In this document: one piece after another, positions 1 to 9,497 of the stretch
How positions within the stretch are numbered: the stretch's first letter is position 1
Layout: each line of letters begins with the position of its first letter
From: Candidatus Latescibacterota bacterium
GTDB taxonomy: Bacteria > Latescibacterota > UBA2968 > UBA8231
Direction: 5' to 3'
DNA length: 64,000 nucleotides
Assembly (NCBI GenBank): GCA_964291625.2
Contig: OZ220089.1
Span: 2,272,001 to 2,336,000 of the forward strand
Notes under the pieces: model-generated
What the model saw: only the letters and a program-made list of their open reading frames with translations
Database searches by the model: none
Told to the model about the DNA's origin: nothing
Program-made: the position numbers and the translations under genes

Positions 1-46
1 CGTCGGGGCCGGAGTAGCAGGGGGTCCGTGTGAAGTGTCGCATGGG

Positions 47-280
47 CTACGGAGCGTACGGGTCCTCCGCGTCGAGGATCCTGCCCAGCGTCTCCTCGTC
101 GCCGAAGCGGTTGATCTCGTCCTCGTAGGTGGCGTTCTCGGTGCGCACCTGCGCCACGTGCCAGAGGATCCACAAGGCCACGCCGACGACGAACATCAGT
201 CCTTCCAGGCCCACGAAGGGATAGAGGGGGCCGATCTCGGAGATGTTGCCGGCCCAGCTTGTCACGTTTCCAGTAGCCAT
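47..280 (-). CDS. small single-TM membrane protein downstream of ammonium transporter
   Basis: 77-aa ORF with RBS (AGGAGAG), one hydrophobic helix (GLMFVVGVALWILWHV), 28 bp downstream of amt. Confidence 0.75.
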   Translation of the reverse strand: MATGNVTSWAGNISEIGPLYPFVGLEGLMFVVGVALWILWHVAQVRTENATYEDEINRFGDEETLGRILDAEDPYAP

Positions 281-308
281 GACTCTCTCCTGTGCGTTCC
301 GAAGCGGT

Positions 309-1676
309 TCAGGCCTTGCCGAGCTCCTCGCGCTCGGCGTCGATGATGCCCTGCTCCTCTTGGGCCCGGTCGTGGGCGGTGGCGTAGTCGAGACCGGCCA
401 GCTCGATCTGGCGCGGGATGCGCAGGATGCCCGCGGCGCTGAGGATCTTCGCCGCGATCCAGCCGGGGATGAAGCCCAGCACCAGGAACATGATCAGGGC
501 GCCGGCGATCTGCCCCAGGGGATTGATGCTGGCGAAGCTCTCGTCCGGAGACGACGGATAGCCCCAGAGCACGAAACCGCAGATGACGACGCCGAAGAAG
601 CCGGCGTACCCGTGGACGGCCACGGCGCCGACCGCGTCGTCGATCCGGAACCGGCGCTCCACGAAGTAGTGGACCTTGTACATGAAGACCACGCCCAGGG
701 CGGCGATGATCATCGCCTGCACCGGGTGGTAGAGGTCGTTGCCGGCCGAGGCGGCGATGATCCCGGCCAGACCCGCCGAGTAGGTCCAGTAGGCGTCCCC
801 CCGGGAGATGATGTATCCCGCCAGAAGCCCGCCCGAGAGGGCCATGAGGAAGTTCACCGTGATCGCCGACAGGGTGGTGGGCGCCAGGTAGATGTTTGTG
901 GCGGAGTAGAAGGTGCCGTCGCCGCTCTGCACGTCCCACATGGGCACGTTGCAGGCCACGTAGAAGCCCCAGAAGCCGGTGTAGATCAGGAAGAGGCCGA
1001 TCGTCACCAGCCAGGGGTTGCGGGGGTTCAGGCTCCGCGGGGTGCCGTCGGGGGCGAACTTGCCGATGCGCGGTCCGAGAACGACCAGCACGCCGAGGGC
1101 GAAGCCGCCGGCGATGGCGTGGATCACGCCCGAGGCGTAGGCGTCGTGATAGCCGAGGACCTTCACCATCCAGCCTTCGGCGTGCCATCCCCAGGCCGCG
1201 TCGATCACCCAGAACACGGACCCGATCAGGATCGCCAGGATCCAGAAGGCCGACGAGCGGATGCGCTCGATCACCGATCCCGAGACGATGGAAGCCGCCG
1301 TCCACGAGAACAGGAGGAAGGCGGCCCAGAACACGCCGTTGATCCGGGCCCAGCCGTCCGGGTCGCCGGCGCCTCCCATGTGGGGCCCCATGAGCTGGCT
1401 CCAGGCCGTCGCGTGGGGCGCCTCCACCAGCCCGCCGGTGATGCCGGGGCCGTTGGGCAGGGCGAAGTAGATCCACCACCCGAAGAAGAAGAATGTGATC
1501 GTCACCAGGGGGATCAGCATCGTGTTCTTCATCAGGGTGTGCATGTGGTTCTTGTGGCGGGAGACCCCCACCTCGTACATGCAGAACCCCACGTGGATGA
1601 AGAACATGAGCACCACCGTGATCCAGTAGTAGAACTCGGTGAAAATGGTGGTCAGGGAACCAAGCTCGGTGGTCAT
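309..1676 (-). CDS. amt: ammonium transporter (Amt family)
   Basis: Polytopic membrane protein; GFxMYEVG..KN, IVSGSVIER, HDAYASGVIH, LGPRIGKF, IDDAVGAVAVHG (twin His); ATG 1676 with GGAGGAG RBS. Confidence 0.92.
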   Translation of the reverse strand: MTTELGSLTTIFTEFYYWITVVLMFFIHVGFCMYEVGVSRHKNHMHTLMKNTMLIPLVTITFFFFGWWIYFALPNGPGITGGLVEAPHATAWSQLMGPHMGGAGDPDGWARINGVFWAAFLLFSWTAASIVSGSVIERIRSSAFWILAILIGSVFWVIDAAWGWHAEGWMVKVLGYHDAYASGVIHAIAGGFALGVLVVLGPRIGKFAPDGTPRSLNPRNPWLVTIGLFLIYTGFWGFYVACNVPMWDVQSGDGTFYSATNIYLAPTTLSAITVNFLMALSGGLLAGYIISRGDAYWTYSAGLAGIIAASAGNDLYHPVQAMIIAALGVVFMYKVHYFVERRFRIDDAVGAVAVHGYAGFFGVVICGFVLWGYPSSPDESFASINPLGQIAGALIMFLVLGFIPGWIAAKILSAAGILRIPRQIELAGLDYATAHDRAQEEQGIIDAEREELGKA

Positions 1677-1774
1677 GCTCTCCTCCGCAGGGCTTGGGGC
1701 GGAACGGGTTGCGGCCAATAAACGGCGGGAGGAGCGGGGGGATCAAGGGAAAAGCGGGCAGGCAGGCAGCTGGA

Positions 1775-3487
1775 TCACCCTCCCGGCGAGGGAAGGTCGA
1801 TCCGCCAGATGCCGGTGGCCTGTCTCGCCATCCAACCCTGATGGGCGCGGATCTTCTCCACGGTCCAGGTATCGAAGTCCTCTGCCAGCTTGCGCGTCGT
1901 GGCAAAGCCGCTCTCCTGGTAGACCGGCCGCTTCCGGGGGTATCCCGAGTTTCCCAGATCGCGATTCGCCGCGGCCTCCAGCAAGGTCATGTTCCCGAGA
2001 CGGTAGGTGGAGGCCTCCCGCTGCTGATCGTCGAACTGTTGCCACTCGTCGCCGGGATTCTCCGGCAACACGTGCTCGATCCCGAACCTGGCGCTCTCGG
2101 ACTCGAAGCGCTGTCCCGACAGCTGCGCCTCGAGCCGCAACAGGATGAAACGCACAACCTTGTTGTTGCGGGAGCTCGTGGTTCGCAGGGTCTTGTCCGC
2201 AAAGGCTGCTCTGAACTCCGCATCTGCGGGATAGACCGGACGCAGTTCCGCGATCGCGGCCTCGGCGCCGTCAATCCTTCCTGACGAGATCCCGCGGGCG
2301 ACCTGGTTGTAGACCACCTCCTGCTCATTGCTCTGCCGGCTGCAGATCACGTTGTATCGAAACGACACCACCGCGATCGCCCGCAGGAGTCGCCTGAAGC
2401 CGGCGCGATCGCCTTCCTCGAGCCGTTCGAAGGCCGCCAGCAACACGGCCAGAGGCTGGCGCACGTTGAACATCTGCAACTGGGCCAGGCCGTCCCGTTC
2501 CTCTGCCGTCCAGAGGTCCTCCTCCGGGTTGCGCAAGGCCGCATAGACCCGGGCGCTCCGGTCCATGGCGCGGATCAGCTCGAACGCTGCTGACCGGTCG
2601 CGGATGGCGTCGCGAATGACCTTGAACAGATCCGCCTTGCGCACCAACTGGTTTCGGCTGTTCCAGAAAACCCGCAGGTACTCCGGAAGGCTCTCGCTGC
2701 CCAGCAGCCCGACGATGCCCTCCCAGCGGTCTTCCAGGGCCTTGATCTCCGATTCGTGGGCATCGCCCCGGGAGACGACGGAGAACAGGTAGTTCTTCAG
2801 CAGATCGGTGGCCGACAGACGCACGCCACGCGCGTTGAGCGTCTCGAAGACCTTGAAGGCGTTCAGTTCGTCGGTGACGGTGATGATCGTGAAGAACAGC
2901 CTGTCCACCGCGCCGTCGACGAAACGCGCCACCCCCTCGCCGTCATCGCCCGAGCGTTCCTCGATGCGCTCCCTGAACCAGAGAAAGGCCCGGCGCAGCA
3001 GACGTTCCGATGCGTTCAGCCCTCTCTGCGGCAGGTCCTCCAGGGGCACCAGGTAGTTCTGGTAGAAACGATCGTTGTGCCGGTTCAGGGTCAGCTTGGA
3101 GCGGGACACCAGGCTCACCGGATCCAGGTAGCCGATGTAGTTGCCGCGCAGCTGCTCGGCGCGCCGCCGCTGCGGGTCATCCGGATCATCGGACCGGGAC
3201 AGGTGCGTCAGATGCGCCACCGCGGCCAGCATCAGCAGGCTCAGCGTGGTCATTCGCTGCTGCCCGTCGATGATCTCGAAGGCCCTGTTGTCGGCTGATT
3301 GCAGCACGAGGTAGCCCATGTAGTGAGCCGGCTCCGGCTCCTCATCGAAGAGCGCGACGATGTCCTGCCAGAGATCGTCCCATTCGTCCGGCCCCCAGGA
3401 GTAGTCGCGCTGGAACATGGGCACGCGATAGCTCAGCCCATTGCCCATCAACTGGCGGAAAGTGTTGTTGGCGGTGTTGAAGTTCAT
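1775..3487 (-). CDS. gmrSD: GmrSD-type modification-dependent restriction endonuclease (DUF262 + DUF1524/HNH)
   Basis: PMFQRDYSW, IIDGQQRMTT and FETLNARG (DUF262); EHVLPE and LGNMTLL...NRDLGN (DUF1524). Confidence 0.88.
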   Translation of the reverse strand: MNFNTANNTFRQLMGNGLSYRVPMFQRDYSWGPDEWDDLWQDIVALFDEEPEPAHYMGYLVLQSADNRAFEIIDGQQRMTTLSLLMLAAVAHLTHLSRSDDPDDPQRRRAEQLRGNYIGYLDPVSLVSRSKLTLNRHNDRFYQNYLVPLEDLPQRGLNASERLLRRAFLWFRERIEERSGDDGEGVARFVDGAVDRLFFTIITVTDELNAFKVFETLNARGVRLSATDLLKNYLFSVVSRGDAHESEIKALEDRWEGIVGLLGSESLPEYLRVFWNSRNQLVRKADLFKVIRDAIRDRSAAFELIRAMDRSARVYAALRNPEEDLWTAEERDGLAQLQMFNVRQPLAVLLAAFERLEEGDRAGFRRLLRAIAVVSFRYNVICSRQSNEQEVVYNQVARGISSGRIDGAEAAIAELRPVYPADAEFRAAFADKTLRTTSSRNNKVVRFILLRLEAQLSGQRFESESARFGIEHVLPENPGDEWQQFDDQQREASTYRLGNMTLLEAAANRDLGNSGYPRKRPVYQESGFATTRKLAEDFDTWTVEKIRAHQGWMARQATGIWRIDLPSPGG

Positions 3488-3633
3488 GCGGTCCTCAGAC
3501 GAGCGCCTCCGCTGGGACAGAGCTTTTCGGCTGCCCGTTCTCCTCCAACTCCCAATGCCGCGACGGCCGCTCGCAGGGGAGTTGATCCCTGCTCAGGCAC
3601 AAAATCTACTGCCCGCCGCCTCCCGCCGCCGAC

Positions 3634-4443
3634 TCAATCCCAGGGATCCACCCCCGCCAGCTTCCGCCCCAGACTCGTCAGCTCGGCCGTCTTCCCCTCG
3701 CGGGCCTCGCGTTCCTCGGCGTAGCGGCCGAGCCCTGACAACCGCCGCTGCCAGAAGTCGGTGCGCTTCTGCCGCGCCTCCTCGCTGTCGCCGGCGGGAC
3801 CCATGGTGATGTACTGCGCCACCCGGGGACTGTCGCCGCGGTTGAGGCTCGCCGTGTGCGGCAGGGCGGTGCGCCAGATCACCAGGTCCCCCGCTTCGGC
3901 GCCGATGCGCCGCGTGCCCAGGGCCAGCAGGTCCTGCCCGCGGGGATCGGCCCCTTCCGGCAGCTCGTCGAGCCACCCCTCCAGGCGCTGGTGGAACCCC
4001 GGCACGCAGACGAAGGCCCCCTGCTCGGCGGGCGTGTCGTTCAGGTAGAGCACGCCCTGCACGCCGAAGGGCAGGGGACGGTTGTCCAGGGAGGCGTCCC
4101 AATGCAGGCCGTGCTCGGGGGCGTCCTTGTCCCGGGCCGGCGGACTGATGCTGGCCCGGTCGTGGCTGACCCACAGCCTGTCATTGCCCCAGACCTGGCT
4201 GAAGGCGCGGTGGACCCGGGGGGCGGTGCGGTTGTCCCACATCGTCTGGTGCTGGTAGATCTCGACCATGATGCCGCGCCGGTCCTCCGGGTACCAGGTC
4301 CCGGGATCGTCCGGGTCCATTCCGGTAAACGCCCACACCGCCCGCGCCGTACGCTCGGCCTGATCGCGGTCGATCACCTGACGAGCGACGACATACCCTT
4401 CTTCGGCAAAGGAATCGAGCTCTTCCCTGCTCAGGACATCCAT
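3634..4443 (-). CDS. phytanoyl-CoA dioxygenase (PhyH) family Fe(II)/2OG enzyme
   Basis: FAEEGYVV, LHWD, QGVLYLND, VPGFH, AGDLVIW..LPH..N..PR; ATG 4443 with RBS. Confidence 0.88.
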   Translation of the reverse strand: MDVLSREELDSFAEEGYVVARQVIDRDQAERTARAVWAFTGMDPDDPGTWYPEDRRGIMVEIYQHQTMWDNRTAPRVHRAFSQVWGNDRLWVSHDRASISPPARDKDAPEHGLHWDASLDNRPLPFGVQGVLYLNDTPAEQGAFVCVPGFHQRLEGWLDELPEGADPRGQDLLALGTRRIGAEAGDLVIWRTALPHTASLNRGDSPRVAQYITMGPAGDSEEARQKRTDFWQRRLSGLGRYAEEREAREGKTAELTSLGRKLAGVDPWD

Positions 4444-4518
4444 TGAGGTCTCCCCCTCTCGCTGGCTGGTTCGTTCAGGATGCGTCACGATGCCGTAGTT
4501 GGCGGCGAACCGCCGCCG

Positions 4519-5706
4519 CTACTCGACATGTTGTCCGAAGGTGCTGCCGAGCAGTCCCTCGAGCGTGGGTGTCACCTGCCAGAAATCCCGTAGCTCCCGG
4601 TACTCCCGGACCAGGTCCGGGTCGCCGGGCGGCAGTCCGCGCCGGGCCCGGATCAGCAGATTCTTCGCGGTATGTTCGGGATCGACGAACTCGACGACGC
4701 TGGTGCGATAGCCCATGATGCGCAGCGTCAGCGCCCGCAGGGCATCGGTCAGGATCTCGGCGGTGCGCTGCTTGAGCACGCCATGGCGCAGCACCGGCTG
4801 GAACAGCGGGGCCCGGAGTTGCGGGCGCAGCTCGTGCTGGCAGCAGGGCGCGGCCAGGATGATGCGGCTGTCCTGCAGGATCCCCTGGGCCAGGGCCTCG
4901 TCCGTGGCGGTATTGCACGCGTGCAGACTCAGCACCAGGTCCGGGGGGCGCTCCAGCACGAGATCGGAGATGGCCGCCGTCCGAAAGCTCAGGCCGGTCC
5001 AACCCAGCTCGTCCCGCAGGCGGTCGCACTTGGTCACCAGTTCGCGGTCTCGGTCGATTCCGATGACGCGGACCGGACGGCCCTGCATGTGGTGCAGGTA
5101 GTGATAGGCGGCAAAGGTGAGATAGGCGCGGCCACAGCCGAAATCGACGATCTCGAGGGGCCGATCCGATCCATCCGCTTCTTCCACCACCTGTGACACG
5201 ATCCGGAGGAACTCGTTCACCTGGCGGAACTTGCCCTGCGCGGGCGGACGCACGCGGCCGCCGGCGTCCATGATGCCAAGGGCCTGCAGGAGGATGTCCG
5301 GCGTCCCACGGGGCAGCGCATGCTCCTTCACGCGGTCATGGGCGATGGGGGGCCGGCCCGACAGCGACGGCGGCGTGCGGTCGATGAGGGGCCTGTTCCT
5401 CCTGGTGACCCGCACATAGAGGTCGCCGGAGGTCGCCTGCAGGTGGAACTGGCGGAACGGCAAGGCGAGCGCCTCGTCCAGCTTCTGCTCCAGGTGCGGG
5501 TCCGCGCAGTTCTCGGTGATGTCCCTGCGCCCATCGAACCAGGAGAACTGCATCCGCGGCTGCCCCTGAACCAGGACGGGGCGAACCACCGCCTTGTGCC
5601 ATTGGAGATCGCTGCCCTGGCGCTTGCCGCTCATCGTCAGACGGAGGAAGGTCGCGCTCTCGAGGACCGAGGCGCGCAGCATCTCTCGATAGTCGCTCTC
5701 CGTCAT
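4519..5706 (-). CDS. SAM-dependent methyltransferase (Methyltransf_32-like)
   Basis: KFRQVNEF, IVDFGCGRAYLTFA, LSLHACNTATD, APCCQHE, EFVDPEHTAKN. Confidence 0.88.
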   Translation of the reverse strand: MTESDYREMLRASVLESATFLRLTMSGKRQGSDLQWHKAVVRPVLVQGQPRMQFSWFDGRRDITENCADPHLEQKLDEALALPFRQFHLQATSGDLYVRVTRRNRPLIDRTPPSLSGRPPIAHDRVKEHALPRGTPDILLQALGIMDAGGRVRPPAQGKFRQVNEFLRIVSQVVEEADGSDRPLEIVDFGCGRAYLTFAAYHYLHHMQGRPVRVIGIDRDRELVTKCDRLRDELGWTGLSFRTAAISDLVLERPPDLVLSLHACNTATDEALAQGILQDSRIILAAPCCQHELRPQLRAPLFQPVLRHGVLKQRTAEILTDALRALTLRIMGYRTSVVEFVDPEHTAKNLLIRARRGLPPGDPDLVREYRELRDFWQVTPTLEGLLGSTFGQHVE

Positions 5707-5725
5707 GGGAGCAGGACCCGGCCGA

Positions 5726-6508
5726 TCAGCTCTCCCGCCGACGCCGCGCCGCCTCTCGTTCGCTCTCCCGCCAGGCCCGGTACGCGGGCGTGTCCACGTG
5801 ATCGTGCAGGGTCGCCCGCGCGCGGTAGGGCACGTAGCTGCCGATGTGCCACAGGGTGTTGCGGTAGAGGCAGAAGTCCCCGGCCCCGAGGTGCAGCTGC
5901 CGGGCGCCGGGCAGGGAGAGGCAGTATTCCAGGCAGGCGCGCTCCCGCTCCTCGGAGGTGAGCCCGTCCAGCTCCGGCCGAGGCACCGGCCGGTCGGGGA
6001 AGCGCGCCACCTCGCCGGGCAGGTCGGACCGCAGGTGGGACCCGGGCACGACCCACGTGGAGGAGTCCTCGTAGAGGGCGCAGTTCAACTGGTTGAAGAG
6101 CGCCGGGTCGCGGTAGTCGGCCTCCCAGCGCTCGCGGTCGAGGTCGAGGACGTTGTCGCGCCAGTCCCGGTGCCAGTGGGTGCACCAGGGCTCGTCCGCC
6201 GGCTCCAGCAGCACCCCCAGGCCGTCGCGCAGGCCGTAGGTGTGCTCCGGCGACAGGGTCCGGTGCACGGCGTCCACCAGCTCCGGCAACTCCGCGAAGT
6301 CGGTAAAGGGCCGGTGATCGAGGTCGTGCTCGAAGACCGGCTGCAGGCGCTGGGCCTGCGGACCCGAGCGCTCGCGGGCCAGCTCCCGGGCCCGCCGGCA
6401 GACGCGGCGCAGGTCGGTCAGCAGCGGCGGCGGCACGATCCCGGCGAAGACCGTGTATCCCCGCATGCCGTGCTCCTCGATGTGGCGCTCGCTCCAGGTC
6501 CAGGCCAC
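5726..6508 (-). CDS. PhyH family Fe(II)/2OG dioxygenase
   Basis: GYTVF, WHRDW, WVVPGSH, AGDFCLYRNTLWH, RATLH; GTG start adjacent to upstream stop. Confidence 0.82.
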   Translation of the reverse strand: MAWTWSERHIEEHGMRGYTVFAGIVPPPLLTDLRRVCRRARELARERSGPQAQRLQPVFEHDLDHRPFTDFAELPELVDAVHRTLSPEHTYGLRDGLGVLLEPADEPWCTHWHRDWRDNVLDLDRERWEADYRDPALFNQLNCALYEDSSTWVVPGSHLRSDLPGEVARFPDRPVPRPELDGLTSEERERACLEYCLSLPGARQLHLGAGDFCLYRNTLWHIGSYVPYRARATLHDHVDTPAYRAWRESEREAARRRRES

Positions 6509-6509
6509 G

Positions 6510-7223
6510 TCAGCCCATCTTCAGTGAGATCCAGTTGGTCACCAGCTCGACCATGGGGGCGGCATCGTCGCTGAAGACGTGGTCGGCGCCTCTCCGCGCC
6601 ACCAGCTCCGCCCGCGGGGCCCGGCCGACGATGTCCTGCGAGTCCTGCAGGGGCACCACGTCGTCCTCGGTCCCGTGATAGAGCAGCCACGGCACGGAGA
6701 TGTCGGCACCCTTGTCGGCGACCGAGCCGATGGCCGCCATGTCCCGCATGTAGGCGCCGGAGAGGGGGCAGTCGGGCTCGTCCCACATGCAGCCCTCGTC
6801 GGGGGTGACGTCGCCGAACTCGCGCTCGGCGAAGGCCCGGGTGTGGACCATGCCGGCCAGGGAGACGAGCCAGCCGATGCGGCGGTCGAAGCTGGCCCGC
6901 AGCACCCCCACGGCGGCGCCCATGCTGTGGCCCACGTAGCACAGGGGCCGCTCGCCGACGGCGGCCAGGACGCTGCCCAGGTCGTCGACCTCCTTGGAGA
7001 TGGTGCACTCGGCGAAGCGGCCCTCGGAGTCGCCGTTGCCGGCGAAGGAGAAGCGCAGGGCGTGGAGGCCGGCCGCCGACAGCCCCTCGGCCAAGGCCGC
7101 CACGAAAGGCCGGTCCTTGTTGCCGGTGACGCCGTGGCCGATGACGACGAGGCCCTCGCCGCGGCCCTCGTGCAAGGTGTAGTCGAGCCTCTCGCCCCGG
7201 GAGTTGCGGATCTCGCCGAACAT
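6510..7223 (-). CDS. alpha/beta hydrolase
   Basis: HGVTGNKD, FSFAGNGDSEG, GHSMG nucleophile elbow, HGTEDDVV, GADHVF; real start MFGEIRN at 7223. Confidence 0.88.
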   Translation of the reverse strand: MFGEIRNSRGERLDYTLHEGRGEGLVVIGHGVTGNKDRPFVAALAEGLSAAGLHALRFSFAGNGDSEGRFAECTISKEVDDLGSVLAAVGERPLCYVGHSMGAAVGVLRASFDRRIGWLVSLAGMVHTRAFAEREFGDVTPDEGCMWDEPDCPLSGAYMRDMAAIGSVADKGADISVPWLLYHGTEDDVVPLQDSQDIVGRAPRAELVARRGADHVFSDDAAPMVELVTNWISLKMG

Positions 7224-7234
7224 GGGGTTCCCCT

Positions 7235-8311
7235 TCAGCCGCTGCGCACGACGATGTCGCGGTCGGCGCCGGCCAGCGGCATCTCGACCCAGGCGCCGCC
7301 GGCGCGGTGGGAGGCGTGGAAGGCGACGATCGCCTCCAGCGTGCGCACCGCCTCGGAGGCGTCGTAGCCGAACGGTCCCGCCCCGTCGAGCCAGTCGACG
7401 ATCTCGGCCACGGCCCGGTCCATGCCGCTGTCGGGGGAGTCGTCGGGAATCAGCTCGCGGTCGTCGCCGCGCACGATCTCGATGTCGCGCTTGCGGCAGG
7501 TGGCGTAGCCCTCGGTGCCGTGGTAGCGGTGGCGGGCCGGCGCGGTGCCGTAGTCGGCGCCGTCGACCATGCAGATCAGGTCCCCGCTGGGCCCCTCGCC
7601 GTCCCCGGCAAGGTCGCGGCCGAGGCGCAGCATGCCCCAGCCTCCGGGATCGGCGAAGTCGGGGCCGCGGCAGTCGGGCTTCCCGGACAGGTCGAGGGTG
7701 CCCGCGACGGCGGTCACCGGCAGGCCGGTGACCATCTGCACGGCGTCGAACTGGTGGGTGCCCACGTTGCCGAGGCGTCCGGACGTCCACTGCACCGACG
7801 CCGAGGTCAGGGTGCCGAGGGCGCCCTCGGCGATGCGGTCCCTCAGCTGCCGGTAGCCGGGGTGGAAGCGCAGGTTGTGGTTGATCACCAGCAGGGTGCC
7901 GGACCTGGCGCAGGCGGCCAGCATCTCCTCGGCCTCGGCCAGGGTCGCCGCGATCGGCTTCTCGCAGTAGATGGCGCGCACGCCCGCTTCCGCCGCCGCC
8001 GCCGTGATCTCGGCGTGGGTGGGGGTGTAGGTGGCCACCGAGAGGATGTCCAGGGGCGCCGTCTCGCGCAGCATCTGGCCCCAGTCGGCGAAGACGGGCG
8101 CCCCGTAGGCAGCGTGGAAGCGCTCGCGGCGGCCCTCGTCGCGGCTGCTGCCGGCGACCACATCGACCCGGGGATGGCCGCGCAGGGCTGCCACGTGGGT
8201 GCCGTCGAGGTCGACCACGCGCTGGCCGACGCCGTCGCCCGACACCTGGTCCGCGCCCCCGATGAAGCCCAGCCCCACGATCGCCGAGCGGTACCTCGTC
8301 TCTTCGGACAT
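7235..8311 (-). CDS. Gfo/Idh/MocA family oxidoreductase
   Basis: IVGLGFIG Rossmann motif, CEKP, NHNLRF, GTHQFD. Confidence 0.9.
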   Translation of the reverse strand: MSEETRYRSAIVGLGFIGGADQVSGDGVGQRVVDLDGTHVAALRGHPRVDVVAGSSRDEGRRERFHAAYGAPVFADWGQMLRETAPLDILSVATYTPTHAEITAAAAEAGVRAIYCEKPIAATLAEAEEMLAACARSGTLLVINHNLRFHPGYRQLRDRIAEGALGTLTSASVQWTSGRLGNVGTHQFDAVQMVTGLPVTAVAGTLDLSGKPDCRGPDFADPGGWGMLRLGRDLAGDGEGPSGDLICMVDGADYGTAPARHRYHGTEGYATCRKRDIEIVRGDDRELIPDDSPDSGMDRAVAEIVDWLDGAGPFGYDASEAVRTLEAIVAFHASHRAGGAWVEMPLAGADRDIVVRSG

Positions 8312-8333
8312 CTCTCCTCCTTCTCTCTCGGAT

Positions 8334-9497
8334 TCAGGTTCCCATCCCGCCGCCGAGGCCGAGGACGCGGGCGCAGGCGCCGCCCATGATCGCCGCCAGG
8401 TCTTCGGCGGAGAGGAACTCGCAGTACTCCTCGATCCAGCGGCGCGACTGGCGGTAGGTGCAGAACCGGTTCTGGAAGGGCATGTCCGTGCCCCACAACA
8501 GCCGCCCCGCGCCGATGCGCTCCACCATCTGTTCCAGGGTCGGCCACAGCTCCCGGTACGGGTAGTCGAAGAGGTCGCCCAGGCGCACCGGGAAGCAGAC
8601 CTCCAGGCTCAGGCTGGGGTTGTCGAAGGGGGCCCAGACCCCCTCGGGCAGCACGACCCGCGTCGGCGAGCCGGAGGGCTCGTCGTCGAGGAACAGGCGC
8701 CACGGGAAGCCGTGGGTGAGGCTGCACGGGACCTCCGGCCAGCGCTCCATCCAGCGCGCCAGGATCCCCAGCTCGGCCAGGTAGCCGCGGCGCCGGCTCT
8801 CGAGGCCCTGGGTCACCGAGGCCTCGCCGGGGCCGGTGCCGAGGGTGAAGAACACGGGCACCCCGAGGCCGGCCACCGCCTCCCAGAACGGGCGCAGGTG
8901 CTCGCCGTCCCACGGGTCGGAGCGGTAGTAGTAGGCGTGGGGCGGGTTGAACTTGATGGCGTGCAGCCCGTGCTCTTCCACGGCGGCCACGGTCTCGGCG
9001 ATCACGGCGTCCAGCTCCCCCGCCAGGCGCCACTCGTCGACGGGGGCCATCGAACAGATCCGCTCCGGGTCCACGGCCACCGACTCCGCCTGGAAGGCCG
9101 CGCCGCGGCCGAGCATGGCGTCCACGTGGAGCAGGGCCTTGTCGACGCCGGCGTAGTCCATCTCGGCGATCAGGTTGTGCGGGGTGTATTGCAGATGCGC
9201 CAGGTTGGGCGGGTAGAACTGCTTGGTGTAGTCGTCGCCGTCGATGGTCCACACGACCCGCCCCTTGTCGTGATCGACGCGGAAATCGACGTCGGGCAGG
9301 TGGTCGAAGTCCATCGCCCCGCCGGGGGCGGCCAGCACCTCGGACGAGGCGGGGGCGCGGTCGCGGATGCGCCAGGCCGGCTGGTGGTGGGAGGCCTGCC
9401 CGCCCTGGACCCACTTGAGGTGGTCGGCGGCGGTGGCGTGGCCGGCGGGGGCGTCGCCGGGGGGAAAGCAGTAGGCGTGGGAATCGATGACGGTCAC
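8334..9497 (-). CDS. amidohydrolase_2 family protein
   Basis: IDSHAY, EMDYAGVD, LTHG, LWGTDMPF, IMGGACAR; GTG start overlapping upstream TGA (GTGA). Confidence 0.82.
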   Translation of the reverse strand: MTVIDSHAYCFPPGDAPAGHATAADHLKWVQGGQASHHQPAWRIRDRAPASSEVLAAPGGAMDFDHLPDVDFRVDHDKGRVVWTIDGDDYTKQFYPPNLAHLQYTPHNLIAEMDYAGVDKALLHVDAMLGRGAAFQAESVAVDPERICSMAPVDEWRLAGELDAVIAETVAAVEEHGLHAIKFNPPHAYYYRSDPWDGEHLRPFWEAVAGLGVPVFFTLGTGPGEASVTQGLESRRRGYLAELGILARWMERWPEVPCSLTHGFPWRLFLDDEPSGSPTRVVLPEGVWAPFDNPSLSLEVCFPVRLGDLFDYPYRELWPTLEQMVERIGAGRLLWGTDMPFQNRFCTYRQSRRWIEEYCEFLSAEDLAAIMGGACARVLGLGGGMGT

